A DNA stretch of 64,000 nucleotides from an uncultured candidatus Porisulfidus sp. (GTDB taxonomy: Bacteria; Pseudomonadota; Gammaproteobacteria; Poriferisulfidales; Oxydemutatoraceae), in assembly GCA_965215125.1 (NCBI GenBank), contig OZ244052.1:256001-320000 (forward strand), written 5' to 3'. Made by a program: the position numbers and the translations under genes. A model generated the notes under the pieces. It saw only the letters and a program-made list of their open reading frames with translations, was not told the DNA's origin and did not search any database. Shown here in pieces: positions 48,280-60,000 of the stretch (position 1 is its first letter; each line of letters starts with the position of its first letter).

Positions 48280-48954
48280 TTAGGAATTTATACCGCCCAA
48301 CAATTCAACCAATCCCGACAATGCCGAGCGACCGATAGTGTCTTTGTACACCTGAATAATCGGCACCTCGGTCCAGACACTTAATTCGCGTTGATTATCA
48401 AGCTCGCTTCCATAAGTCTGCGGATGCATGCGATTAAGCACCACTGCGATAGCTTTGAGCTTCCGAGCGGCGAGTACTTCTAAGGTCAGTAATATGTGAT
48501 TGATGCAACCCAAACGATCGGGCGATACAACGATCGCCGGAAATTCCAATGCCGATATTAAGTCTACATTAAGGCCGTCGGCGGCGATAGGAGACAACAA
48601 CCCGCCGGCACCCTCCACTACCACGAATTGTTCTTCGCAACGGCAACAGGTAGCGAGTTGCGCTATCGTATGTGTTGCACCCGCCAGTATCGCCGCGCGT
48701 TGCGGTGAGGTCTCCGCTTTATAACGATAAGGGCATACTCGTTCAATCGACTGGGGGGATACCGAGGCTGCCGCCAAGCGAACGGCATCTTGGGCGATCA
48801 ATCCATGCTCACCCTCCGAACAACCGCTTTCTACCGGTTTGCGCACCGCCACGCTTAGACCGGTCTCCTCCAGTGCTTTTATTAAGTGGCATGCGATTAC
48901 TGTTTTACCTATTCCCGTATCGGTGCCGGTAATAAACACCCCCGAACCGATCAT
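48280..48954 (-). CDS. bioD: Dethiobiotin synthase
   Basis: FITGTDTGIGKT, KPVESG, VEGAGG, LGCINH. Confidence 0.94.
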   Translation of the reverse strand: MIGSGVFITGTDTGIGKTVIACHLIKALEETGLSVAVRKPVESGCSEGEHGLIAQDAVRLAAASVSPQSIERVCPYRYKAETSPQRAAILAGATHTIAQLATCCRCEEQFVVVEGAGGLLSPIAADGLNVDLISALEFPAIVVSPDRLGCINHILLTLEVLAARKLKAIAVVLNRMHPQTYGSELDNQRELSVWTEVPIIQVYKDTIGRSALSGLVELLGGINS

Positions 48955-48955
48955 C

Positions 48956-49843
48956 TCAACCTTTAGCCAACAATAGATTTTCAATCCATCTATATTTTTC
49001 GGTGGTTTGCTCTACAACCTCTAAAGGAAGTTCGGGTGGCGGTGTTTGCGCATCCCAATTCTGCCGTATCAAGTAGTTGCGTATATATTGTTTGTCAAAA
49101 CTGGTCGGTTCGGCACCGGGACGGTAGCTTTGCAAGTCCCAAAAACGCGAGGAATCGGGGGTTAGTATTTCGTCTATCAGTAGCAAATGTCCTTCCGGGT
49201 CAATGCCGAATTCAAACTTGGTGTCGGCGATTATGATGCCGCGATCATAAGCGTAGTCGCTACAAAGTCGGTAAATCTCAAGTGCCGTGTCGCGAATTTC
49301 GGCAGACATTTCCGCACCTATGGAGTCTGCCATTTGCTCGAAGCTGATGGGTATATCGTGTGCGCCTATCTCGGCTTTGGTAGTCGGTGTGAAAATAGCC
49401 TCGGGCAACCGCTCGCCGAGTTGCAATCCGGCATCCAAAGAAATGCCGCATAACTCACCGTTGTCTCGGTAGTCGTTCCATGCAGAACCGTATAAATAAC
49501 CGCGCACAATCGCTTCTATGGCAAGCGGTTTCACTTTTTTCACAACCATGCTACGCTCGGCTAACTGCGGCCGATGTTTCAATTCCGGCACGCTATCGAT
49601 TGCCGCTATATCGGTGGTATGGTTGGGAACTATCGTTGCGGTTTTATCGAACCAAAAGGTACTCAGCGAGGTCAATACTCTACCTTTATCGGGAATCGGA
49701 GTCGGGAATACGACATCAAACGCCGAGAGCCGATCGCTGGCAACCATCAATATATGTGGTTCGTCTAAATCATACAGATCTCGGACTTTACCTTTGCACA
49801 ACAACGGTACGGATTCTAAATTAGAATCGTATATTGCGTCCAT
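48956..49843 (-). CDS. purC: SAICAR synthase
   Basis: GKVRDLY, SDRLSAFD, IADTKFEFG, DEILTPDSSRFW, SFDKQ; start at ATG 49843. Confidence 0.95.
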   Translation of the reverse strand: MDAIYDSNLESVPLLCKGKVRDLYDLDEPHILMVASDRLSAFDVVFPTPIPDKGRVLTSLSTFWFDKTATIVPNHTTDIAAIDSVPELKHRPQLAERSMVVKKVKPLAIEAIVRGYLYGSAWNDYRDNGELCGISLDAGLQLGERLPEAIFTPTTKAEIGAHDIPISFEQMADSIGAEMSAEIRDTALEIYRLCSDYAYDRGIIIADTKFEFGIDPEGHLLLIDEILTPDSSRFWDLQSYRPGAEPTSFDKQYIRNYLIRQNWDAQTPPPELPLEVVEQTTEKYRWIENLLLAKG

Positions 49844-49859
49844 CGTTATACGTTTGTCG

Positions 49860-50612
49860 TCAACCCTGATCGTGCATATCGCATATACGCTGGGCCGACT
49901 CGGGCAGGTTGTCGGGACAACGACCGCACATCTCATTGCCGGGCACCGCGTAATCCATCTTTTGCGGTTTAGGAAACTCCAACGAGTCCATCAGCGCGAT
50001 AAACTGTGTTCGGGTCGTTCCGACTTTAAGACGCGGGTTGCGCATTTTTTCTTGACCTACGGTACTGATTCGGCGATTCTCGTAATCGTGGCCGGGATAG
50101 ACCAAAGTATCTTCGGGAAGGCTGAATATCTTGTCGTAAATGCTATCGTACAGAGTGCCGGAATCGCCCGATTGGAGGTCGGTTCTGCCACAGCCTTCTA
50201 TCAATAGCGCATCACCGGTGAAAATCATTTTGTGTATGCCGTCGTCTATTAAGTAAGCATAATGGGTGTCGGTATGCCCCGGAGTAAACAACGGATGGAA
50301 TTCTATATGCCCTATTTTCAGTGCCGTTCCTTCCTGCACCCCTATATCCCGGCACGGAAGTTGGTCGGCTTCGGCACCTACCAGTTTGCAATCGGTCAAC
50401 GATTTAAGTTTCAACCCACCGGTAATATGGTCGGCGTGTATATGTGTCTCTATCGCATAATTCAAATTTAAGCCCAATTCTCTAATCGTCTCCAAGTCAC
50501 GCTCGAAAACATCGAGCACCGGATCTACGAGTGCCGTGATGCCGGTCTCGGTACACGCAATTAGGTAAGTATAAGTACTGGATTGGGATTCAAAAAGTTG
50601 TTTGAATATCAT
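49860..50612 (-). CDS. ETHE1-like persulfide dioxygenase (MBL fold)
   Basis: SSTYTYLI, THIHADHITG, TPGHT, GCGRTD, YPGHDY, NPRL. Confidence 0.88.
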   Translation of the reverse strand: MIFKQLFESQSSTYTYLIACTETGITALVDPVLDVFERDLETIRELGLNLNYAIETHIHADHITGGLKLKSLTDCKLVGAEADQLPCRDIGVQEGTALKIGHIEFHPLFTPGHTDTHYAYLIDDGIHKMIFTGDALLIEGCGRTDLQSGDSGTLYDSIYDKIFSLPEDTLVYPGHDYENRRISTVGQEKMRNPRLKVGTTRTQFIALMDSLEFPKPQKMDYAVPGNEMCGRCPDNLPESAQRICDMHDQG

Positions 50613-50678
50613 CGCGCTACTCTCTTTGCTGAAGTTGGATCAAATACATAGTATACTAGCTTAAATACCGAAAATATT

Positions 50679-50915
50679 ATGGGAACCGAAGAAATCAAGA
50701 ATCTAATAACCGCAGGCTTACCGAATGCACAGATTGATGTAGATGGTAGCGACGGCAAATACCAAGTCAAAATCATCAGTACGGCTTTTGAGGACTTAAC
50801 TCAGGTACAGCGACATCGGGCGGTTTATGCAACGATTCAAGCCCAAATACAAAGCGGCGAACTGCACGCGTTGAGTATAGAAGCCCTGACACCCTCGGAA
50901 GCCGAGCAACGATAG
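50679..50915 (+). CDS. BolA/IbaG family protein
   Basis: IISTAFE...VQRHRAVY...LHALSI.A.TP.E. Confidence 0.88.
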   Translation: MGTEEIKNLITAGLPNAQIDVDGSDGKYQVKIISTAFEDLTQVQRHRAVYATIQAQIQSGELHALSIEALTPSEAEQR

Positions 50916-50917
50916 CA

Positions 50918-51532
50918 CTAATTATCTCTGAAAACCCGACGCTCTAAGCGATATGCGGATAAGCCTTGTTGCTTTGAATAATAGAGCGACAATAATTTCA
51001 TATCCGCGTCGTTCAGTGTGGTGATCATCCCCATCATGATAGGGTTTTTGCGTTTGCCGTTCTTATAATCAAGCAAGGATTGATAAAGATAATCCCGATA
51101 TTGTCCCGATAAACGCGGGTATTCGGGTAGCGGACTATTGCCGTCCATACCATGACAACCTGCACAGACTGCGAGTTTGGCATTGAGTTCCTCGGAAAGC
51201 TGAGGAGACTGGGAAGCCGAAACGACAGTCTCCGAACCCGAGAAATAAGCAGCGATATCCGCCATATCCGTTTCCGATAAACCGGCGGCATGGGCACGCA
51301 TTGTCGGGTGACTACGCTCGCCGGATTGGTATGCCTTTAAGGCAGCGACTATATAGGGAGCATGCTGACCGACCAGTTTAGGTACGTGATAACTAGGATA
51401 GATATTGCCGTAACTCGGCACACCATGACAACCCAAGCAGGTTTGCGCTTTCAATCTTCCGCTTTCGGCATCTCCGGCATTCACAAACGGCGATAATATA
51501 AGTAAGCAAAGAACGTAAAAACGATACTTCAT
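50918..51532 (-). CDS. Di-heme cytochrome c4-like protein
   Basis: Signal peptide; CLGCH and CAGCH heme motifs. Confidence 0.9.
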   Translation of the reverse strand: MKYRFYVLCLLILSPFVNAGDAESGRLKAQTCLGCHGVPSYGNIYPSYHVPKLVGQHAPYIVAALKAYQSGERSHPTMRAHAAGLSETDMADIAAYFSGSETVVSASQSPQLSEELNAKLAVCAGCHGMDGNSPLPEYPRLSGQYRDYLYQSLLDYKNGKRKNPIMMGMITTLNDADMKLLSLYYSKQQGLSAYRLERRVFRDN

Positions 51533-51614
51533 AAAAACTCCCTAAATGATTTAATATAAAGTAGCTATCATGCCAAAATATCGGAAAATGTCCATAGTTT
51601 TAGTTTGTTTTTGA

Positions 51615-52679
51615 TTGAATATGCCGCCAACCCCGCATAAACCTCCGCAAAAAATTTGTATCCTGCGATTGTCCGCAATCGGAGATGTCGTACAAGCATC
51701 TATCGCGGTCAACGCGCTCAAATCGTCGCATCCTCAACTTGAACTCACTTGGATTATAGGAAAAACCGAATACGAATTGTTAGCCCATCTGGACGATATC
51801 AATTTTATAGTCTTTGATAAAGACAAGGTTTTGAGGTCTTATAAACTGATTGCCGAACGATTGTCCGGTAGAAAATTTGATGCCCTGCTCCTGATGCAAT
51901 ACTCGTTACGCGCCGGTCTGCTCAGCCTTTTAGTCAAAACACCGTTGCGCATAGGCTATCCGCACCGGTTATCTAGAGAGTTTCATAGTCTGTTTGTTAA
52001 TCAACATATAAAGATGCCGACCGGCAAGCATGTATTGGATATTTATTACGGTTTTGCCGAAGCATTAGGCATAAAGGCGCGGACAAATACCGTCCCCAAC
52101 TATTATCTGCCGGACGATACCCGATTTGCCGAACGCAACTTAGCCCAAGACAAGAAAATACTGTTGATCAGCCCGTGTTCCAGCCATAGCTTCAAAAACT
52201 GGCTACCCGAACGTTATGCGGAGATCGCTCAAATTGCAATGCAACGATACAACATGCATGTCGTATTAGTAGGCGGCGATAGTCAAACCGAACGGGTGTA
52301 CGCAACACGCATACAACAATACCTCCGTACACCCTGCGCCAGCTTAATAGGGAAAACCAGCCTGCGGCAATTAGCCGCCGTCGTTGCACATAGCCATCTA
52401 GTGATCGCACCCGACTCGGCAATCGTACATATCGCCTCTGCGCTACAAACTCCGGTCATCGGACTCTATGCGGCAACCGATGCCGAGCGTAGCGGTCCCT
52501 ATCGTTATCTAGATCGGTGCGTCAATCGCTACCCCGAGGCATTGGAAAAATACTGCGGTAAATCCATAAAAGATGTGCGTTGGGGGAAACATATAAAAAA
52601 ATCCAATGCAATGGAGTTAATCAACACACGATCGGTGATTGCACAACTTGACCGTATTATGGAGGCCGGAGAATGTTAA
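51615..52679 (+). CDS. GT9 LPS heptosyltransferase-like glycosyltransferase
   Basis: ILRLSAIGDV, GKTSLRQL, PDSAIVHIA, VIGLY. Confidence 0.88.
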   Translation: MNMPPTPHKPPQKICILRLSAIGDVVQASIAVNALKSSHPQLELTWIIGKTEYELLAHLDDINFIVFDKDKVLRSYKLIAERLSGRKFDALLLMQYSLRAGLLSLLVKTPLRIGYPHRLSREFHSLFVNQHIKMPTGKHVLDIYYGFAEALGIKARTNTVPNYYLPDDTRFAERNLAQDKKILLISPCSSHSFKNWLPERYAEIAQIAMQRYNMHVVLVGGDSQTERVYATRIQQYLRTPCASLIGKTSLRQLAAVVAHSHLVIAPDSAIVHIASALQTPVIGLYAATDAERSGPYRYLDRCVNRYPEALEKYCGKSIKDVRWGKHIKKSNAMELINTRSVIAQLDRIMEAGEC

Positions 52680-52698
52680 TGCGACACTGCGTACAAGG

Positions 52699-53835
52699 CT
52701 ATAGTCGACAATACTCAATGACGAAATTTGCAATTTGTTCGGGGTCGTTGATGTCTAGAATCGGAATTGTAATATCGGACGGTGGATCCTCATCGGTAGC
52801 AAGCGCAACCACATGGGAGTCTCGGCTATACATATAGGGGTGATCCAGACCGCGCCGATGTAGTTCTATTTTAGCAAAGGTCTCGCGCTTAAAACCTTCA
52901 ACCAAAACAATATCAAGGCTTTGGCGAGTAATAATATCGACGAGTTCGTCCAAGGTCGCTTCTTCGTTCTCACTTAAATGCTCGTTAATCAACGCCCACC
53001 GCCTACTCGACGACACGAGCATATTTTTGGCACCTGCTTTTCTAAGTTCATAACTATCTTTACCCGGCTGGTCGGTGTCAAAATTGTGGTGCGCGTGCTT
53101 AACAATACCCAACTTAAACCCTTTGTCCTTTAATATAGGAATGATTTGCTTGAGCAAAGTAGTTTTCCCGGTTCCGCTGTGGGCGCAAAAACCTATAATC
53201 GGCGGAGTGCTGTCGTTTGTGTTTATCATTTCCATTTCCAGTTTCTTGAGATCTTCGGGTGTGTTGATATTCCTGAAAGCATCTACGCTATCATCAAAAT
53301 TGCAACTAACCGTTTTAAGTTTATCAAACCACCGATCTATTTTACGTCCCCCTTGCGCCAAATATTCCGACAAAGAAGGCCTTAGATTCGTTTTTATCAA
53401 ACAGAAAACCGGATGAATCCGTTTTCCGTCGTCGGCAACCGCAATATCGGCATCATATTCTATCAAGGTATTATATAAACGCTGCGCCAAATCCGTCGGA
53501 GGATGCGGCGTGTCGCAGGGACACACCAACAAATAAGATGTTCGTACATCACGCAATGCACTCGCTATTCCCGCTAAAGGTCCCATAAAATCCTCGTTTT
53601 CATCGGTGATAACCGGATAGCCGTATTTTTGATACTCCTCTAAATTCCGATTTGCATTGATCAATACATTGCCGGCTTGCACGGCAATACGCTCGATTAC
53701 ATGTTCTATCAGAGGACGACCTGCCAACATTATTAAACCTTTATCGGAATGTCCCATACGCGAACCTCGTCCACCTGCCAAAATCACGGCACTTAAATTT
53801 TCTTTCGCCCTTAACACTGAACTATCAAATGTCAT
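52699..53835 (-). CDS. mobAB: Bifunctional MobA-MobB (Mo cofactor guanylyltransferase + dinucleotide biosynthesis adaptor)
   Basis: ILAGGRGSRMG..KG, GPLAG, NINTPEDL; then SGTGKTT, KHAHH, PGKDS, VEGFK. Confidence 0.9.
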   Translation of the reverse strand: MTFDSSVLRAKENLSAVILAGGRGSRMGHSDKGLIMLAGRPLIEHVIERIAVQAGNVLINANRNLEEYQKYGYPVITDENEDFMGPLAGIASALRDVRTSYLLVCPCDTPHPPTDLAQRLYNTLIEYDADIAVADDGKRIHPVFCLIKTNLRPSLSEYLAQGGRKIDRWFDKLKTVSCNFDDSVDAFRNINTPEDLKKLEMEMINTNDSTPPIIGFCAHSGTGKTTLLKQIIPILKDKGFKLGIVKHAHHNFDTDQPGKDSYELRKAGAKNMLVSSSRRWALINEHLSENEEATLDELVDIITRQSLDIVLVEGFKRETFAKIELHRRGLDHPYMYSRDSHVVALATDEDPPSDITIPILDINDPEQIANFVIEYCRL

Positions 53836-53919
53836 ACTGCCATTATACACAGTGGGGTTATCACAAATTAATAAACGAATAAATGTTGGTACGACCACAA
53901 CATAATCAATGTATGTAGG

Positions 53920-54018
53920 GAAGGTTTTATATTTTGTGATGTACGAAATTTAGCGATCGCGTTAAGGTTCCGTATAACATCATGCCGATTAACCTGCCGG
54001 CTTCATCGGCGACTCTAT
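53920..54018. repeat. Degenerate hairpin-element copy
   Basis: GGAAGGTTTTATATTTTGTGAT...TTAAGGTTCC...GCCGATTAACCTGCCGGCTTCATCGGCGACTCTAT. Confidence 0.7.
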
Positions 54019-54034
54019 GCAACAAGTGTCGGTT

Positions 54035-57000
54035 CTACTCTGTTCCTACAGGTAATAATCCTTCCAGTAGGACTCTAATATGAAGATAAATTTTTAGCAT
54101 CGTCGCTCTAAAAGTACTATAGATTGTTTCATCGGATGCAACGCTTTCTCGATAGCCTTGGTCATCGGTGTAGCTTGCAAACACGCGATAAGGGTGATCT
54201 ATTTCCGCTACATGCGGAGTATAGCTTGTTCCGGTTTCGCCGTTTATATCGACCCAGCGAGTTCTTTCGTACTTTTGCCATTGGTATTGGATAGTATCCG
54301 GATATGTAACACCGTCAAGGTCTTGCGACAGCAAACTATCTATCTCGGGAACCGCATAACTCTCATCTTGCAAAATAGGTGCCGGAAGACTCACTATAGC
54401 ACCGTTGTTCTTTTTGCTTATGTACAACGATATACTTTTTTTAACGCTGGCCGTATCGTCTGCTACGGTCAAATCAAATATTATTCGGTCGTCGTCTTGC
54501 GCTGCATCCAATAGATTTTCGGGTATCTTAAAGGATAAATCGGCAGTACCCTGATCGGTTATGATGCCGGATAGTCTATCCACTGCGGATAGTATATCGA
54601 CACCCGAATGTTGCGACCATCGATATCTTAAAGGATTGTCGTCGGGATCTCCGGTGGAAACATCCAAGATAATATCTTCTCCTTCGTCGAGCCGCTCTCT
54701 CGGTATCACATCAATTGCCACTTGTGGAAAACGATTATTGACCGAAAGCGTATATTGAACGGGTAATGCACGTTGCGTTAGCGTATGAATGACGATTACG
54801 GTTGTAGTCATTGCGTGCAAGGTAATCGGGGGACTAAGCTCGCCACTTGACACCGTGAAATCGTTAATACGAACATCGGCATTAAGTGCAATCGGTAATA
54901 CTCTAAGATAGGGTGTATCGTCGGCAATCGTAACATCATAATGGAAAATTTCGGGATTGAAACGAGGGAACATCCGCGCCGGATCGGACAATGTCAAATC
55001 GATCAAACCAATGCGTTGAAACGGCAATAATTCACCGGACGCATCTTTGAGAACAGGATATTGAGATTCATCGCCGAAATCCCAATCAATGTTATTCCAT
55101 CCGTAATAGACTTCGGTCAAAGTCGTGCCGGGCGCGGTAGGTCGTTGCATTTGTGCAGTACTTAAAGCGATACCGTATGGACTATTGCTCGCTCGGTTTG
55201 CCTCTACATTCCAATAGCTATTCATAATTGCCTCGGGATTTAACTTCAAGCCCAAACCTACGAGTCCACCGACATCGTCGCCGGCAACCACTTGACCGAC
55301 CATATAGCTATTGCTTAGTGTGATATTGGTACCCAGACCGATCAAACCACCCACTACACTATTGCCGACGATATTGCCGTTTATATAGTTGTTATTAATA
55401 ATTCCCTCTAAATCGTAAGCTACCAAACCACCTATCAGCATGTCGCCTTCGACATCAACGCGTGCATAACTATTTCTAATCTTACCGCTTCGGTTAAAAC
55501 CAACCAAGCCGCCTACGATATGATCACCCGCTATACTACCGATTACATAGCTATTGCTAATCATCCCCCCGATATTACTACCTACCAATCCACCGATATT
55601 AGACTCACCACGAATGTCGGTATGCAGTAAGCCGATATTATTAATTTTAGCGGTATTTCCTTTAACACCGAAGAAACCTACATCGTAATCACCGGACTTG
55701 ATTGTTAAATTAGAAATTGTATAGCCGTTGCCGTCAAAGTTTGCAACAAAAGAATTGCTTGCATCCCCGATGGGTTGCCAACCTCGACCTTCCGACCAGA
55801 CTTTTTTGTTCACCGACGGATTACGATAGCTCGCATCGTGCTTGAAGTCCAGACTTCTAATTAATTCATAGCCTTTGCAACCGGATATCGGACAACCTTG
55901 CGAAATTATTTGATCTGCGAAACTTTCTTTATAACCGCTACCGTCCAACACATAACGTATTGCGTTGAGCTCCTCCAGTGCTCCGATTTCTATCAAACCG
56001 TCGCCGTCTCTGTCCACATTTTTAATATAGTTAATCGTTTTTGAAAATGTGGTATTACTATAACCCTGTCCGTCTATATAGGTGACTTTCACGCGATGGG
56101 TGGTACTGCCTGTAGTATTCGATGCGAAGCTGTATGTTTTATAGCTTGCATCGAGAATGTCTTGCCAGCTTGTACCTATCCTTCGCTGCCATTGGTAGCT
56201 AATATCGCCTTCATCGCCGACACCGTCCGGATCGCCGGACAATTCTATTTTTGGAGCAGACATTGTGAATGCACCGATAAATTCGGGAGCATCTATAGCA
56301 ACACCTCCGTTGTTTCGCTTTTTTATTCGTATCGGTATATCCATCTCCGTTGCGTCCACACCGTCGCTGACTGTCACTCTCAAAATCACCTCGTCATTCG
56401 TAGTGGATTGTGCTACTAAATCTTCGGGAACTATAAAATCCAAATTTGGGTTCATCTTTTGTTCAAAGTTCAACGATAAAGGCGGTCCCGATAATTGTTC
56501 CCACTCGTAGCGCAATAAATCGGCTTCGTTGTTATCGCTGCTACCCGAAGCATCCAAACCGATACGCATACCCTCGCTCGCTTCACCGGCATCCGGTATG
56601 CCGGAAATCATCACCTCGGGAGCATGGTTCACATGCAACTCGTAGCGCCCCATCCTCTGGTCGGGTTCTACCAAATCTATCGTAATCAAATTCGTCGCGG
56701 TCTCTTTGAGAGGGATTGAAACCCGCTCACCGGTAGTTACCGCTTTTATAAAAATACCGTTCTTCCCGATCCTACTCCCGATGTTCGGGTTCTCCGCTAT
56801 CGGAATGAACTCTATGCTATCGGCATCGTTTAGCACGACCTTATAAACCAATATTTTCGGGTCAAAAGTAGGCACTAATCTCGCACCTCCCAATAAAATC
56901 AATTGTACTAAACCGGTAGATTTATCTTGATTCGATAATAAAATATCACAACGCAGTAATTGCAAAATGCTGCACTCGCCTTTCACGGGTGCGTACTTTA

Positions 57001-60000
57001 GATAGGGATACTGAACCTTAGTGCCGAAATCCCAATCGTCGCTACTCCAATCGTAATAAACCTCAAATGCGGTGTCACCCGCCTCGGTAGGTGATTGTAA
57101 CTGTACGGTGGTTTTAGAAGTGCCACCGGCACTGGTTTTGACACCACTCGTGGTGACATTCCAATAACTGTTCTTAGTGTCGATATAACGACGGCTTCTA
57201 CCTACCAAGCCACCCAAGCCATCGCTGCCGTTACTCCAAACCCTCCCTATTGCATAACTATTTTCAATAACGGATGCATCGTTTATCCCGACCAAACCAC
57301 CGATGTATCCGAGATTATGCTCTCGGCATCTCGCCGTAGGAACGGTCCTGAGTAATACATCACCGGTGGCATAGCTATTCTCGATTTTACCGTGGGTGCC
57401 GCGACTATATCCAACCAAACCACCTGCACCACAAGGACTGTTTACATCACCCTTTGCATAGCTATGAGTGATCGTTGCAGTGTTGATATTTTGACCTACT
57501 AAGCCGCCGGCGATAACAAAACTGTCATCAACGCTTCTCGCGTATACAGCAACATTTGCATAGCTATTTATGACCAAAGCGGAAAAATTGCCGCCACCGT
57601 CGTTGGTCCCGATCAAACCACCTACACCGTATCGGGAACCTTCGACTTGACTTTCTACAGCATAGCTGTCGGAAACAATTCCTTTATTGATGCCGACCAA
57701 ACTCCCGATATTGCCGCGGCCTATTATACTGGCATAAACTAAACCAATTCCATCGATCTCGGCGGTACCCGACGTTGCACCGAATAAACCTATCACATCG
57801 CTGCGTCGACTATTTATGTTCAAGTTGAAAATCTTATAATGATTACCTTTGAATATCGCAGTAAACGGTTTGCTCTCGCTACCTACCGGTTTCCAAAGTT
57901 CCCCTCGTAAATCCAAGTCTTTGCTTAGTTCATATCCTCTGCAGCCGGTTTCGGGGCAGCCGACCGTACTCGTAGTCGCACCGATATTGCGGCGATAGCT
58001 ACTGCCGTCCAACGCATAATACATCGCATACAAATCTTGCACATCGTGTATTTCTATCAGACCGTCACCATCTTTATCTATATCGGTCGCAGTAAATGCC
58101 TCGGAATCCATATTCTCATGTATATACCCTTGCCCATCTACATAACTAATCAATACACGATAGCGTGTGGCATCGAGTACCGATGCAGGAATTGCATAAT
58201 ACCTTGCGGTTGCGCCGCGAATATTACGCCAATGTGCCGCTGCGATCGGGGCTAAACTTTGCCATTGATAAGCGACGGTCTTGGGATCACCGCCACTGTC
58301 GGGATCCGAGGACAATTCTACCGATGCGGTCAATTCGGTATCCCGTAAAACGGGTGCACTAAACCGCTTAGTCACAGACCCATTGTTGCGTTTATTGATT
58401 ATCAACGGCAGATCTTTTTTCATTACCGAGTCGCCGGCTTTTACTTCTAGTGTCAGTATTGTCTCGCTATAGAGTACAGTTTTTGCCAACAGATCCACCG
58501 GCACGGTAAAATCTAAAACAGCTCGGTTTGTGACCACACTCGACAACATAGAAGGTCCCGATGTTTGTGTCCAAAGATATTCGAACGAACCGTTGTCCAA
58601 ATGATGACTCCCGTCCAGCATAATCCGCTCTCCTTCTTCAATCGCTCGGCGAGGAATACCCGAAATTTGCATAGCAGGGGAACGATTTACGACAAATTTA
58701 TACAAGACCGACCGACGACTTTCGGTTTCTACCGTCACCGCAATATTGGTGGCACCGCTGTGAGCAAGCGGTATGTCCACGATTATGAAGCCTAGCTGCT
58801 TGCCGATCAAATCTCCGGTGTTAACAGTGATTTTAGCGTTGTCGTGGATCGCGATTGCTTGTAATCTTATTAGATCGGTCTCGGGCGGCACTGTGAGTTG
58901 ATAATCAAATACATGGGTATTGAAAGCCGGAAATATTAGGACTTCGTCGGATACTATCAAACGATACAAGCCGTCGCGCTGATGAGGCAATAAAGTATCG
59001 TCACCATTTGCATATTTAAGCGCAGGATACTGCTTCGTACTGCCGAAATCCCAATCGCGACGAGGCCAATCATAATAAACATCTCCTGCAACAATTCCGG
59101 CAGTAACAGGCGTTTTAAGTGCTTCGCTACCAAGACCTATGCCGTGCGTGCCAACCGTTATTCCACTCGTCTTTATATCCCAATAGCTATGGACGATTGT
59201 TCCGCTTGATACCGAACCTATTAAGCCGCTTGCCGGTGAACCTCCATCCAAGCGCACACCCCCTATCGCATAGCTATTTTCTATGACACCTTTATTCAAA
59301 CCCACTAGACCGCCACCGTGGCTTCTCCCGGTAATTCGGTTCATCGCATAACTGTTTGCAATCTTGGCTTGATTTTCTCCTATCAACCCGCCGAGATATT
59401 CAATACCCGATATTTGTCCACCGGTATAACTGTTCAGTATTGTTCCGGTGTTTTTCCCGACCAAACCGCCGGCACGATCTATTGCCGATAGACGCCCGAT
59501 CGAATAGCTATTTACTATTTTCCCACCGTCATTGCTACCGACTAAACCACCGACTAGAGAAGCACCTTTGATATCGAAGTTTAGTAAGCCGATGCCGTCA
59601 ATTTCTGCATTTTCGGCTATCACACCGAATAAACCTACGGAATTGGTATTGCTCCTTGTGATTATTAGATTAGAGATGCTATAACCATTGCCCTTGAATA
59701 GGCAGTTCAAAGGTTCGCTGCCGAGACTACCGATCGGCTGCCAACCCTGTCGTGAAGTAAATAGGGTTTTATTGCTATTGGGATCGCGATAACTCTCGTC
59801 AAGTGCAAAATCCAAATCTCGAACTAATTCATAACCTCGACAACCGTCAACAGCACAACCCGTAGTAACCGGTCTTGCTTCGTCTCTCGTTTGATACGCC
59901 GCGCCGCTCGGCTGATAACGCACCGCATACAAGTCTTCCAAATAGTTTATTTCTATCAAACCGTCGTCGTCGTCGTCTATATCTCTGACGACATCCGACA

